DNA of 28,059 bases from Candidatus Bipolaricaulia bacterium (GCA_042219045.1 JBDGQO010000076.1:1-28059); one strand, 5' to 3'. Positions 9,342-20,849 are shown, counted from the first letter of the stretch. The notes: generated by a model from the letters alone, not told the origin. Program-made: numbers and translations.

Positions 9342-10420
9342 CCCAAGCGATCAACCTGGTGCTGCTCGGCGCCGGCGGCGTGGGACGGGCGCTGCTCGGC
9401 CAGATCGTCGCGGGCCGCGAACGCCACGCGGATCAGCTCGGCGTCGCCTTCAACGTCGTCGCCGTGACCGATTCCGACGGCTTGGCGTTCGACGCGTCCG
9501 GCTGGTCCGATGACGAGGTCAAATCCGTTATCGAGGCCAAAGCCAACGGGGCGTGTCTTCAAGATGGGCCGAACGGTCGGCCTTGGAACGGCGACGACGC
9601 GATCCTCGATGACGTCCCCATGCCCGCGATCGTTGTCGACGTTACGGCCACCGACGCAACGGTTCCGCTGTTGTTGGACGCCCGCGAGCGCGACTGGGGG
9701 ATCGTGTTGGCCAACAAGATCCCGCTTGCCGGCCCGTTCGAGACGTTCCAGGCGTTGACGCGCAGCCGACGGACGCGCTTCGAGACGACCGTGGCTGCCG
9801 CATTGCCCGTCCTGTCGACCTTGCAGACGTATCTGTTGGACACGGGCGATCGGGTGACGAGCGCGCGCGGCTGCGTCTCCGGCACGCTCAACGTCGTCTG
9901 CCGGCGCCTGGAGGCGGGCGAGACGCTCAGCGAGGTCGTCGCCGACGCCCGCGCCCACGGCCACACCGAGCCCGACCCGCGCGAGGACCTGGCCGGGCGC
10001 GACGCCGCGCGCAAGGCGCTCATCCTCGCCCGCCTCATGGGCCATCGACTGGAATTCGACGACGTGGAGGTCGAGCCGCTCTATCCGAGCGAGATGGACG
10101 ACCTCGATGTTGACGACTTCATGGACCGACTGCCCGAACTGGACATCCCTTATAAGGAACTGACCAAGGAGGCGCTCGCTGCCGGGCGGTCGCTGCGCTA
10201 CATCATCGAAGTGACGCCCGAGGGCGGCCGGGCCCGACTGGAACAGCTCGAGCCCCATGACGAGCTGCTCCGGCCGGGCGCATCGGACAGCGTCGTGGCG
10301 CTGGCGAGCGAGCGCTACTGCGAAAACTCGCTCATCGTGCGCGGCATGGGCTCCGGCCCCGAACTGACGGCCTCGGGTGTGTTGGCCGATCTCCTCAACC
10401 TGGCGGCTCAGATGGCGTAA
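9338..10420 (+). CDS. hom: Homoserine dehydrogenase
   Basis: LLGAGGVG Rossmann motif, VLANK, FETTVAAALPV, SGTLN, TEPDPREDLAGRDAARKALILAR; ATGA overlap with aspartate kinase. Confidence 0.93.
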   Translation: MTQAINLVLLGAGGVGRALLGQIVAGRERHADQLGVAFNVVAVTDSDGLAFDASGWSDDEVKSVIEAKANGACLQDGPNGRPWNGDDAILDDVPMPAIVVDVTATDATVPLLLDARERDWGIVLANKIPLAGPFETFQALTRSRRTRFETTVAAALPVLSTLQTYLLDTGDRVTSARGCVSGTLNVVCRRLEAGETLSEVVADARAHGHTEPDPREDLAGRDAARKALILARLMGHRLEFDDVEVEPLYPSEMDDLDVDDFMDRLPELDIPYKELTKEALAAGRSLRYIIEVTPEGGRARLEQLEPHDELLRPGASDSVVALASERYCENSLIVRGMGSGPELTASGVLADLLNLAAQMA

Positions 10421-10463
10421 GCAGCGGAAACCGCGTTTAACAAGATGGAGCCTGCGCACCGCC

Positions 10464-10492
10464 TTGACAAACGCGCCCAACTGTGTTAGATA
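10464..10492 (+). promoter_or_regulatory. Sigma70-type promoter upstream of the SAM riboswitch
   Basis: TTGACA (10464-10469), 17 nt, TAGATA (10487-10492) with an extended TG; placed about 12 nt before the riboswitch P1. Confidence 0.65.
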
Positions 10493-10504
10493 AAGCGTCA
10501 ACTG

Positions 10505-10618
10505 TCTCATCCAGAGTGGCTGAGGGACGGGCCCGACGACGCCACGGCAACGGGGTCTCTGACCGCGAGACCGACGTGCCAATTCCCGCAGCTCCCGAAC
10601 GGAGCTGAGAGATGAGAG
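10505..10618 (+). ncRNA. SAM-I (S-box) riboswitch
   Basis: P1 TCTCATC...GATGAGA; ATCCAGAG, GAGGGA-CGGGCCC kink-turn/pseudoknot region, GGCAAC, GTGCCAATTCC, and P4 CAGCTC...GAGCTG, all matching the SAM-I consensus. Confidence 0.95.
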
Positions 10619-10740
10619 ATCCACCCGCCCACCGGCGGCTCTCCGTCTCTCACCGCAAGCTCGAGCGTCTGTCCTGCTGCTGTCTTGCGGTGGGGATCGG
10701 CCCTCCCTAAGCCTTTGGCTGAGGAAACGAGGAGGGCACC

Positions 10741-12045
10741 ATGGAACCGAGGACGAGTCACATCAAGGGCCTTGTCTGCCGGGAGTGCGGCCGAGCGTAT
10801 CCGGCCGACCCGGTCCACGTCTGCGAGTTCTGCTTCGGCCCGCTCGAGGTCGACTACGACAAGGACGTGCTCCGCGACGTCGTGAGTCGAGAGCGGATTG
10901 GAGCTGGGCCAGCCAGCCTCTGGCGCTACCGCGATCTGTTGCCCATCGACACGGGATTTGACGTCCAGGTTGGTCGATCCAACGGCCTGACGCCGCTTGT
11001 GCGCGCGCAAAACCTGGCCGAGGCGCTCGGCGTGCGCGAGCTCTACGTCAAGAACGACACGGTCTGCCCGCCGACGCTGTCGTTCAAGGACCGCGTCGTG
11101 GCCGTGGCCGTCAACACCGCGATCGCGTTCGGCTACGAGACGATCGGCTGCGCGTCGACGGGCAACCTCGCCAACTCCGTCGCCGCCCACGCCGCCGCAG
11201 CCGGACTCGGCAGCGTGATCTTCATCCCGGCGGATCTGGAACCGGGCAAGGTCGTCGGCACCGGGGTCTATCGGCCCCATCTCGTCGCTGTCGAGGGAAC
11301 GTACGATCAGGTCAATCGACTCGCCAGCGAGGTCGCCGACGAGCGCGGCTGGGCGTTCGTCAACGTCAACCTGCGGCCGTACTACGCCGAAGGCTCCAAG
11401 ACGTTCGCCTACGAGATCGCCGAGCAGCTCGGCTGGCGCGCGCCGGGCCACCTCGTCGTGCCGGCCGCGGGCGGCAGCCTCATCAACAAAATCTGGAAGG
11501 GGCTTTCACAGTTCCGCGAGCTTGGCTTGATCGATGGCCTATCGACCCGAATCCACGCCGCTCAGGCGGCCGGTTGCGGGCCGATCGTCTCGAGCATCTT
11601 GGCCGACGACTCCCAGCTTCGACCCGTTCGACAGCCGGCCACGATCGCCAAGTCCCTGGCGATCGGCGACCCGGCCGACGGTCGCTATGCTTATGGGGCC
11701 GTCAAGGCAAGCCATGGCCATGGCGCCCACGCGACGGACGACGAGATTCGCGACGGGATCGAGCTGCTGGCGTCCACCGAGGGGATCTTCGCCGAGACGG
11801 CGGGCGGCGTGACCGTGGCCGCCACCAAGAAGCTCATCGACCAGGGGATCATCCCGCGCGACGCGTCGATCGTGGTCGCGGTCACGGGCAACGGGCTCAA
11901 GACCCAAGAGGCGCTCTCGGGCGCGCTGCAGCCGTCGATCCGGATTGAGCCGAGTCGGCGGGCGTTCGACGACGCCTTCGATGCGACGACGGCCCGTCCC
12001 GCTTCGGCCGCGCAACCCGCTCGTGTCCAGGCGTCGTCCCCATGA
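10741..12045 (+). CDS. thrC: Threonine synthase-like PLP enzyme (paralog); probable sulfur-carrier-dependent O-phosphohomoserine sulfhydrylase (MetM-like)
   Basis: N-terminal CRECG...CEFC zinc ribbon, PTLSFKDR, CASTGNLANSVA, YAEGSKT, TGNGLKT; follows a SAM riboswitch and precedes a sulfur carrier. RBS GGAGG at 10731. Confidence 0.85.
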   Translation: MEPRTSHIKGLVCRECGRAYPADPVHVCEFCFGPLEVDYDKDVLRDVVSRERIGAGPASLWRYRDLLPIDTGFDVQVGRSNGLTPLVRAQNLAEALGVRELYVKNDTVCPPTLSFKDRVVAVAVNTAIAFGYETIGCASTGNLANSVAAHAAAAGLGSVIFIPADLEPGKVVGTGVYRPHLVAVEGTYDQVNRLASEVADERGWAFVNVNLRPYYAEGSKTFAYEIAEQLGWRAPGHLVVPAAGGSLINKIWKGLSQFRELGLIDGLSTRIHAAQAAGCGPIVSSILADDSQLRPVRQPATIAKSLAIGDPADGRYAYGAVKASHGHGAHATDDEIRDGIELLASTEGIFAETAGGVTVAATKKLIDQGIIPRDASIVVAVTGNGLKTQEALSGALQPSIRIEPSRRAFDDAFDATTARPASAAQPARVQASSP

Positions 12046-12076
12046 ACCGAAGTTTTCGAAAGGAGAGGTGACCGAC

Positions 12077-12403
12077 ATGGGCGTGACCATCCGCATTCCG
12101 ACGCCGCTGCGCAAGCTGACGGGGGGCGAGGCAACAGTAACGCTTTCCGCGACCACCGTCGGCGAGTTGCTCGAGCAGCTCGAGGCGACACATCCGGACT
12201 TGCGCGAGCGACTGCGCGACGAAGACGGCTCTTTGCGCCACTTCCTCAACGTCTACGTCAACGACGAGGACGTGCGCTACCTCAACGGCCTGGAGACGAC
12301 GCTGGCGGACGGCGACGAGATCTCGCTCGTGCCGGCCGTGGCCGGCGGACGCGACGCCCATGCCTCGCCCAAATCGGGGCGCGGGGAACGGCGACCTCGG
12401 TGA
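12077..12403 (+). CDS. MoaD/ThiS (CysO/MetO-like) ubiquitin-fold sulfur carrier protein with C-terminal extension
   Basis: ATG 12077 after AGGAGAGGTG; VTIRIPTPLRKLTGG...FLNVYVNDEDVRYLNGLETTLADGDEISLVPAVAGG followed by 17 extra residues. Confidence 0.9.
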   Translation: MGVTIRIPTPLRKLTGGEATVTLSATTVGELLEQLEATHPDLRERLRDEDGSLRHFLNVYVNDEDVRYLNGLETTLADGDEISLVPAVAGGRDAHASPKSGRGERRPR

Positions 12404-12770
12404 GCATTCCCACGCGTCGCGGGCGGTCGGAACCTCTCGATCGTTGAGCGATCGTCCGCGGAGTCCAAGGTCGGGTGTGTGACCCGTCAGGGGTCGATTC
12501 ACGCGACGGGCCACGGTGGGCCGAACGCGTGCGAGAGCGGAATGCGCACTCGACAATGGGGCCGGCATGGCGTTACCACACCGGCAGCCGGCGTGCCGCC
12601 AACGACGTCATGGGCGGCACCTGTCGATGCCCTGCGACCTGGCGCCGACCGCGATCGGCGATGGGGACCCTGAGGCGGGGTGTGGGCCGCCGCGGCGGGT
12701 CGCACGTCGACCCGGGCACGGACCAGGATATGACGCATCCAAGATCGCATTGGAAAGGGGGACGCGGCCA

Positions 12771-14435
12771 TTGAAAAGCCATGATCTGACGCACGGATAT
12801 GATCGCGCCGCGGCGCGGGCGATGCTGCGCGCGGTCGGCTTCGGCGACGACGATTTCTCCAAACCGATCGTCGGCGTCGCCAGCGGCCACAGCACCGTGA
12901 CGCCCTGCAACGCCGGCCTCGGCGCGCTGGCCGAGCGAGCGGACGAAGCCCTGCGGAGCGCGGGGGCCATGCCCCAATTATTCGGAACGATCACCGTCTC
13001 CGACGGCATCGCCATGGGGACAGAGGGGATGAAGTATTCGCTCGCCAGCCGCGAGGTGATCGCCGACGCCATCGAGACCGTCGCCAACGCGGAACGCCAC
13101 GACGGCGTCCTCGCGCTCGGCGGCTGCGACAAGAACATGCCGGGCGCGGCGCTGGCGATGGCTCGACTCGACATTCCGTCGGTCTTTATCTACGGCGGCA
13201 CGATCAAGCCCGGCCGCTACCAGAACCAAGCCTTGACCATTGTGAGCGTCTTCGAGGCGATCGGCGCGCGCAGCTCCGGGCGGATCGACGACGCCGAGCT
13301 GAGTGCGATTGAGCGTCACGCCTGCCCCGGTCCCGGCGCCTGCGGCGGGATGTTCACCGCCAACACCATGTCGTCCCTTTTCGAGACGATGGGCCTCAGC
13401 CTGCCCTATTCCTCCACGTTGGCAGCGGAAGACCATGAAAAGGCCGAAAGCGCCGCGCATGCGGCGGAGACGCTCGTGGAGGCCATCAAAAACGACCTCC
13501 GCCCCAGCGCCCTGTTGACGCGCGAGGCGTTCGAGAACGCCATTGCGCTCACGATGGCGCTCGGCGGCTCGACCAACGCCGTGCTCCACCTGTTGGCGAT
13601 CGCTCGCACGGCCGGCGTCGAGCTTCATCTAGATGACTTCGAACGGATTCGGCATCAGGTGCCCGTGCTGTGTGATCTGAAGCCGTCCGGACGCTACGTC
13701 ACCGTCGACTTCCACGAGGCCGGCGGCGTCCCCCAAGTTTTAAAAATCTTGCTGGAGCACGGGCAGCTCCACGGCGACGCGCTCAACGTCAACGGCCAAT
13801 CGCTCAAGCGGATATTGGACGACGTGCCATCTGAGCCGCCGAGCGATCAGGACGTCATTCGGCCCTGGGACGACCCGGTCTATCCCGAAGGGCATCTGTC
13901 GATCCTGAAGGGCAACCTGGCCGAGGAAGGGGCGGTCGCCAAGACGAGCGGCATCACGCGCCGCTCCATCACCGGACCGGCCCGAGTGTTTGATTCCGAG
14001 GAAGACGCGATGGAGGTCATCCTGAACGGCGGCATCAACGCGGGTGACGTCGTGGTGATTCGGCACGAGGGGCCGAAGGGCGGCCCCGGCATGCGCGAGA
14101 TGCTCGGGCCGACCTCGGCGATCATGGGGGCCGGGCTCGGCGAGGACGTCGGCCTCGTCACCGACGGGCGATTCTCTGGAGGCTCCTATGGACTGGTCGT
14201 CGGCCACGTCGCGCCGGAAGCGGCCGTGGGCGGGGCGCTCGCGCTGGTGTACGAGGGCGATGAGATCACCATGGACGCCGACGAGCATCTCTTAGAACTC
14301 CACGTGGCCGACGACGAGCTGGAACGCCGACGCCGCGACTGGCAACCCCCTGAACCGAACGTGTCGTCGCTCGGCGTGCTCGGCAAATACGCGCGGCTCG
14401 TCGGCTCCGCGGCCGACGGCGCGGTGTGCGGGTGA
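12771..14435 (+). CDS. ilvD: Dihydroxy-acid dehydratase
   Basis: Likely TTG start at 12771 after [64 protein letters not shown]. Confidence 0.96.
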   Translation: MKSHDLTHGYDRAAARAMLRAVGFGDDDFSKPIVGVASGHSTVTPCNAGLGALAERADEALRSAGAMPQLFGTITVSDGIAMGTEGMKYSLASREVIADAIETVANAERHDGVLALGGCDKNMPGAALAMARLDIPSVFIYGGTIKPGRYQNQALTIVSVFEAIGARSSGRIDDAELSAIERHACPGPGACGGMFTANTMSSLFETMGLSLPYSSTLAAEDHEKAESAAHAAETLVEAIKNDLRPSALLTREAFENAIALTMALGGSTNAVLHLLAIARTAGVELHLDDFERIRHQVPVLCDLKPSGRYVTVDFHEAGGVPQVLKILLEHGQLHGDALNVNGQSLKRILDDVPSEPPSDQDVIRPWDDPVYPEGHLSILKGNLAEEGAVAKTSGITRRSITGPARVFDSEEDAMEVILNGGINAGDVVVIRHEGPKGGPGMREMLGPTSAIMGAGLGEDVGLVTDGRFSGGSYGLVVGHVAPEAAVGGALALVYEGDEITMDADEHLLELHVADDELERRRRDWQPPEPNVSSLGVLGKYARLVGSAADGAVCG

Positions 14436-14568
14436 ATGGCGCGAGCTGCGAGGCGGCCGCGCTTTGACGCGCGGCGCCTGTCGCGCTAAGACGTTGGCGC
14501 CTTGCTCGAAGGGGCCACGCCCGAACGGCTTGTAAGCAGCCGGTCCGAGCCCCGACTCGCATCGTCGC

Positions 14569-15429
14569 TCAGCGATGGCGCGGATCCCCGGCACGACCCA
14601 GGCAGTAATCGATCAATCGCGACGGCAAGTCGACGTCCAGGACGTGCAGGCTGCCCTTGAACTCCATGGCGCTGTTGACCTCGTGGACCGTGAACCCATC
14701 GGGCGTCTCCATGAGATCGACCGCCAACGCGCCCCCGCCCACGGCTCGCGACGCCCGGACGCAGAGCTCGCGCAACTCGGGCGTCAACCCACAGGGATGC
14801 GGAACGGCCCCGCGCGCGGCGTTGGTCCGCCAGTCGCTGGCCGTCCGATACGCCGCGGCGATCGGCTCGTCGTCGATGACGTAGGCACGGATGTCGCGCT
14901 CCGGCTTGGCGATATAGGCTTGCACGTAGAACGCGCGGTGCGACTCGGCGCCGAGATGGGTCTTGTGCTCCAGCACCGCCTCCGCCGTGGCCGGATCGGT
15001 CACCTTGGCCATCAACCGGCCCCAGGATCCGTCGACGGGCTTGAGGACGACGGGATAGCCCAGTTCGTCGATGGCTCGGCGTGCGCTCGCCGGCGTGAAC
15101 GCCAAGCGAACCTCCGGGGTCGGCACGCCGGCCCGGCGCAGCACGTGCGAGGTGCGCAGCTTGTCGTCACAAGTCCGCACGACCTCGGGCGCGTTGACCG
15201 TCGGCACCCCCGCGCTCGCCAGCATTCGCAGCGACGCACTCGCCCGCGATTGCGACACCTCACGGTCGAGGACGACGTCCACTTCGGGCGCAGAGCCCGG
15301 CGCGAGGACGAGCTTGCGACTCTCCAAAGGGACGAGCTCGACGTCCGTGCGACGCTCGATCGCCTGGAAGAGCCACTTCTCTTCGGGCCGCAGGCGCGAG
15401 TAGAGCACGCCCAGTTTCAGGGGGCTCAT
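14569..15429 (-). CDS. lysX: LysX/ArgX family [LysW]-amino acid ATP-grasp ligase, ArgX-like
   Basis: LYSRLRPEEKWLF, R.VSQSRA, GYPVVLKPVDGSWGRL, EAVLEHK..LG, KPERDIR, WRTNAARG, EVNSAMEFKG; RBS GGAGG. Confidence 0.88.
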   Translation of the reverse strand: MSPLKLGVLYSRLRPEEKWLFQAIERRTDVELVPLESRKLVLAPGSAPEVDVVLDREVSQSRASASLRMLASAGVPTVNAPEVVRTCDDKLRTSHVLRRAGVPTPEVRLAFTPASARRAIDELGYPVVLKPVDGSWGRLMAKVTDPATAEAVLEHKTHLGAESHRAFYVQAYIAKPERDIRAYVIDDEPIAAAYRTASDWRTNAARGAVPHPCGLTPELRELCVRASRAVGGGALAVDLMETPDGFTVHEVNSAMEFKGSLHVLDVDLPSRLIDYCLGRAGDPRHR

Positions 15430-15554
15430 TCGCCTCCGCCGCCGCCCTTCTCGGACGCCGGCGACGCGACGCAGGCAACGGCGTGATCCCGGAGTCGGGA
15501 CCGCGTGCCGGACATGTCCAGATCGTCAGCATGAGGCCACAGCCCCTGCGCCAT
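15426..15554 (-). CDS. Hypothetical 42-aa peptide ending ...GGGGGE, coupled to lysX/argX
   Basis: ATG at 15554 preceded by AAGGGAAGGGGTG; MAQGLWPHADDLDMSGTRSRLRDHAVACVASPASEKGGGGGE; stop overlaps the ligase ATG (ATGA). Confidence 0.35.
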   Translation of the reverse strand: MAQGLWPHADDLDMSGTRSRLRDHAVACVASPASEKGGGGGE

Positions 15555-15685
15555 CGCCACCCCTTCCCTTGAAGAATTGAAGATGCGGGACCATCGGACG
15601 CTCAACGCCGAGCCCGACGAGCCCCCGTGACCGCCGCCATGTCGATCGGGCAGACCGTCGAAGATCGTGGGGATGACTCGAGGGG

Positions 15686-15823
15686 TTATCGTCGAACGCG
15701 CTCGGTCGGTCGTCGGAAACGTTGGGCGGGCTGGCGTGTCAGCTTCCCTGGACCGATGACGTCTAGGGAAAAGTCGGGGGAATCGGTCGAGGCAATCGGC
15801 CATTTGTCGGGACAACAGGTCAC
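15686..15823 (-). CDS. Putative arginine-sensing leader peptide (45 aa)
   Basis: GGAGG, 7 nt, GTG; MTCCPDKWPIASTDSPDFSLDVIGPGKLTRQPAQRFRRPTERVRR*. All 7 Arg codons lie in the last 16 codons, including two CGA-CGA pairs; directly downstream of a consensus promoter. Confidence 0.65.
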   Translation of the reverse strand: MTCCPDKWPIASTDSPDFSLDVIGPGKLTRQPAQRFRRPTERVRR

Positions 15824-15855
15824 GGTACCGCCTCCGCCGCACGAAGTTGCCCGTC

Positions 15856-15884
15856 AGCTTAGGCTCGCTCCGTTCATCTGTCAA
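15856..15884 (-). promoter_or_regulatory. Sigma70-type promoter for the leader-lysX/argX transcript
   Basis: Minus strand TTGACA (15884-15879), 17 nt, TAAGCT (15861-15856). Confidence 0.72.
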
Positions 15885-16048
15885 GGCCTCGCGAGCGGAG
15901 CGATCGGTGGGCAGCGCCGTCCGAACGCATTGCGGCCGAGCCGGCCAACCAACGGACCTCGCATGGAATGATTGCCTCAAGCTATCGCCCGCGCCGTCGA
16001 TCCGCTTCTCGAACGATCGTTGGCCACGCGGAGCCCGAGATCGGCTTG

Positions 16049-16077
16049 TTGCAAAACCGACGCTCGCATGATAAACG
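16049..16077 (+). promoter_or_regulatory. Possible promoter for carAB
   Basis: TTGCAA (16049-16054), 17 nt, TAAACG (16072-16077) with an extended TG; weaker match. Confidence 0.4.
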
Positions 16078-16132
16078 AAGGTGATCGGAAAGTGGCACCG
16101 ACGACCATGTTCACGCCATCGGGGAGCGACGC

Positions 16133-17251
16133 ATGGCCCTGCTAGTCCTGGAAGACGGCTCGATCTTTCCCGGCGCGCCGTTGGGGGCGTCGGGAGAGGT
16201 CTGCGGCGAGGTCTGTTTCAACACCGGCATGACGGGCTATGTCGAGGTGCTGACCGACCCGTCCTACCGGGGCCAGATCGTGACGATGACCCAGCCGCAT
16301 ATCGGCAACTACGGCGTCACCTTCGAGGATGCCGAGTCCACGACGCCGCACGTCAGCGGCTTCATCGTCCGGGAGGCCAGCGACGTCTACTCCAACTGGC
16401 GGGCCGAGCTCTCCTTGGACGATTACCTTAAAAAGGCCGGCGTCATCGGCCTGTCCGACGTCGACACGCGCGCGCTGACCCGCCACATTCGCACGGCCGG
16501 CGCCATGCGCGGTTGCCTCTCGACGGAGGCCGACGGCGCCGACGCGCTCGTCGAGCGCGCCCGCCGGTCTCCGACGGTCTCCGAGCAGGACTTGGTCGGC
16601 GAAGTGACGGCCCGCGAGATCCACGCCTGGGACGATCCGAGCGACGCCCAATGGGGCGCGAACGGCACGCCGTCGGCGGCGTCCGAGGCCTTCCACGTCG
16701 TCGCCTATGACTTCGGGATCAAGCACAACATCCTGCGGCAACTCCGCGACCGAGTCGGCCGGGTCACCGTCGTGCCGGCCGACACGCCGGCCGAGCGCGT
16801 GCGAAGCCTCAACCCCGATGGGATCTTCCTCTCCAACGGGCCCGGCGATCCCGAGCACGTCGCGCCCGCGATTCAGGCGATCCGGACGATGGCCGACTGG
16901 GACGTGCCCATCTTCGGCATCTGCCTCGGCCACCAGTTGATGGGGCTGGCCCTCGGCGCTCGCTCGTACAAGCTCAAGTTCGGCCATCGCGGCTGCAATC
17001 AGCCGGTTCAGCGGCTGGACACGGGCCAGATCGAGGTGAGCACGCACAACCACGGCTTCGCCCTGGATGACCTTCCCCCTCACTTGGAGGTCACCCACCT
17101 CAACCTGAACGACGGCACGATCGAGGGCCTGCGCGTGCCCGACGCGCCCATCTTCGGCGTGCAGTACCATCCGGAGGCCGCGCCCGGCCCGCACGACTCG
17201 CACTACCTGTTCGATCGTTTCATCACGACGATTCGAGAGCGACGAGCCTAA
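16133..17251 (+). CDS. carA: Carbamoyl-phosphate synthase small subunit
   Basis: [41 protein letters not shown] (catalytic Cys), [13 protein letters not shown]. Confidence 0.97.
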   Translation: MALLVLEDGSIFPGAPLGASGEVCGEVCFNTGMTGYVEVLTDPSYRGQIVTMTQPHIGNYGVTFEDAESTTPHVSGFIVREASDVYSNWRAELSLDDYLKKAGVIGLSDVDTRALTRHIRTAGAMRGCLSTEADGADALVERARRSPTVSEQDLVGEVTAREIHAWDDPSDAQWGANGTPSAASEAFHVVAYDFGIKHNILRQLRDRVGRVTVVPADTPAERVRSLNPDGIFLSNGPGDPEHVAPAIQAIRTMADWDVPIFGICLGHQLMGLALGARSYKLKFGHRGCNQPVQRLDTGQIEVSTHNHGFALDDLPPHLEVTHLNLNDGTIEGLRVPDAPIFGVQYHPEAAPGPHDSHYLFDRFITTIRERRA

Positions 17252-17330
17252 GCGGGGACAGGTCGACGCATCTGTCCTCAACCTGTAATCGGCGGGACGA
17301 ACGCCGTTCGTCGCCGCTCAGGAGTGAATT

Positions 17331-20558
<3,228 letters not shown>

Positions 20559-20635
20559 CGCCGCCTGCGCACGATCCCGGAAACGGCGCATCGCCCTACG
20601 TTTGCGCTGGGCCGCGAGATCGTGTCCCATGCCCC

Positions 20636-20664
20636 TTGACAGGGGGGCCGAATCATGATATATA
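20636..20664 (+). promoter_or_regulatory. Sigma70-type promoter of the ilv-leu operon
   Basis: TTGACA (20636-20641), 17 nt, TATATA (20659-20664) with an extended TG. Confidence 0.72.
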
Positions 20665-20699
20665 CGAGCTACCTTGCAATGATAAGGAGGCGTTGGACC

Positions 20700-20849
20700 A
20701 TGGCGCATCAAGCGCACACGATGCCCGCCCAAGCGGCCCAACCCCAGTTCCGCCCGATGACTTTCGGTTCGTCCGTCGTTTCGGCCTTCCTTATCGTCCT
20801 TTCCATTATCAGCCTCATTAGCTCCGTCCTTATTGTCCTCCCCCGCTAG
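20700..20849 (+). CDS. ilv-leu operon leader (attenuator) peptide, 49 aa
   Basis: AAGGAGG RBS (20684-20690), ATG 20700; MAHQAHTMPAQAAQPQFRPMTFGSSVVSAFLIVLSIISLISSVLIVLPR*. No I/L/V in the first 25 residues; 5 Ile, 5 Leu, 5 Val in the last 24. Confidence 0.78.
   Translation: MAHQAHTMPAQAAQPQFRPMTFGSSVVSAFLIVLSIISLISSVLIVLPR

Noticed and set aside
12516..12770. N-terminal extensions in the ORF track for ilvD (also apgM 5778, lysC 7722, carrier 11945, leuA 24387)
   Set aside because: Homology, RBS position and stop/start overlaps support the shorter starts given in the features.
14436..14568. GC-rich stem (CCGCGC/GCGCGG) between convergent ilvD and lysX as a terminator
   Set aside because: No U tract on either strand, and such stems are expected by chance at this GC content.
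16089..16101. AAAGTGGCACCGA, identical to 13 nt of the Cas9 tracrRNA scaffold and partly like a T-box core
   Set aside because: No flanking tracrRNA sequence, no cas genes or repeats, and no T-box stem I or full GGTGGnACCGCG; best explained as chance.
15430..16132. Lysine riboswitch, ARG boxes or PyrR attenuator between lysX/argX and carA
   Set aside because: No recognisable lysine riboswitch core, AT-rich ARG-box palindrome or PyrR binding loop on either strand.
16081..16431. Out-of-frame ORF with a CGA-CGA pair overlapping the carA start as a second Arg leader
   Set aside because: It starts at about the predicted transcription start with no clear RBS on the transcript and runs 300 nt into carA with no codon clustering before a stop.
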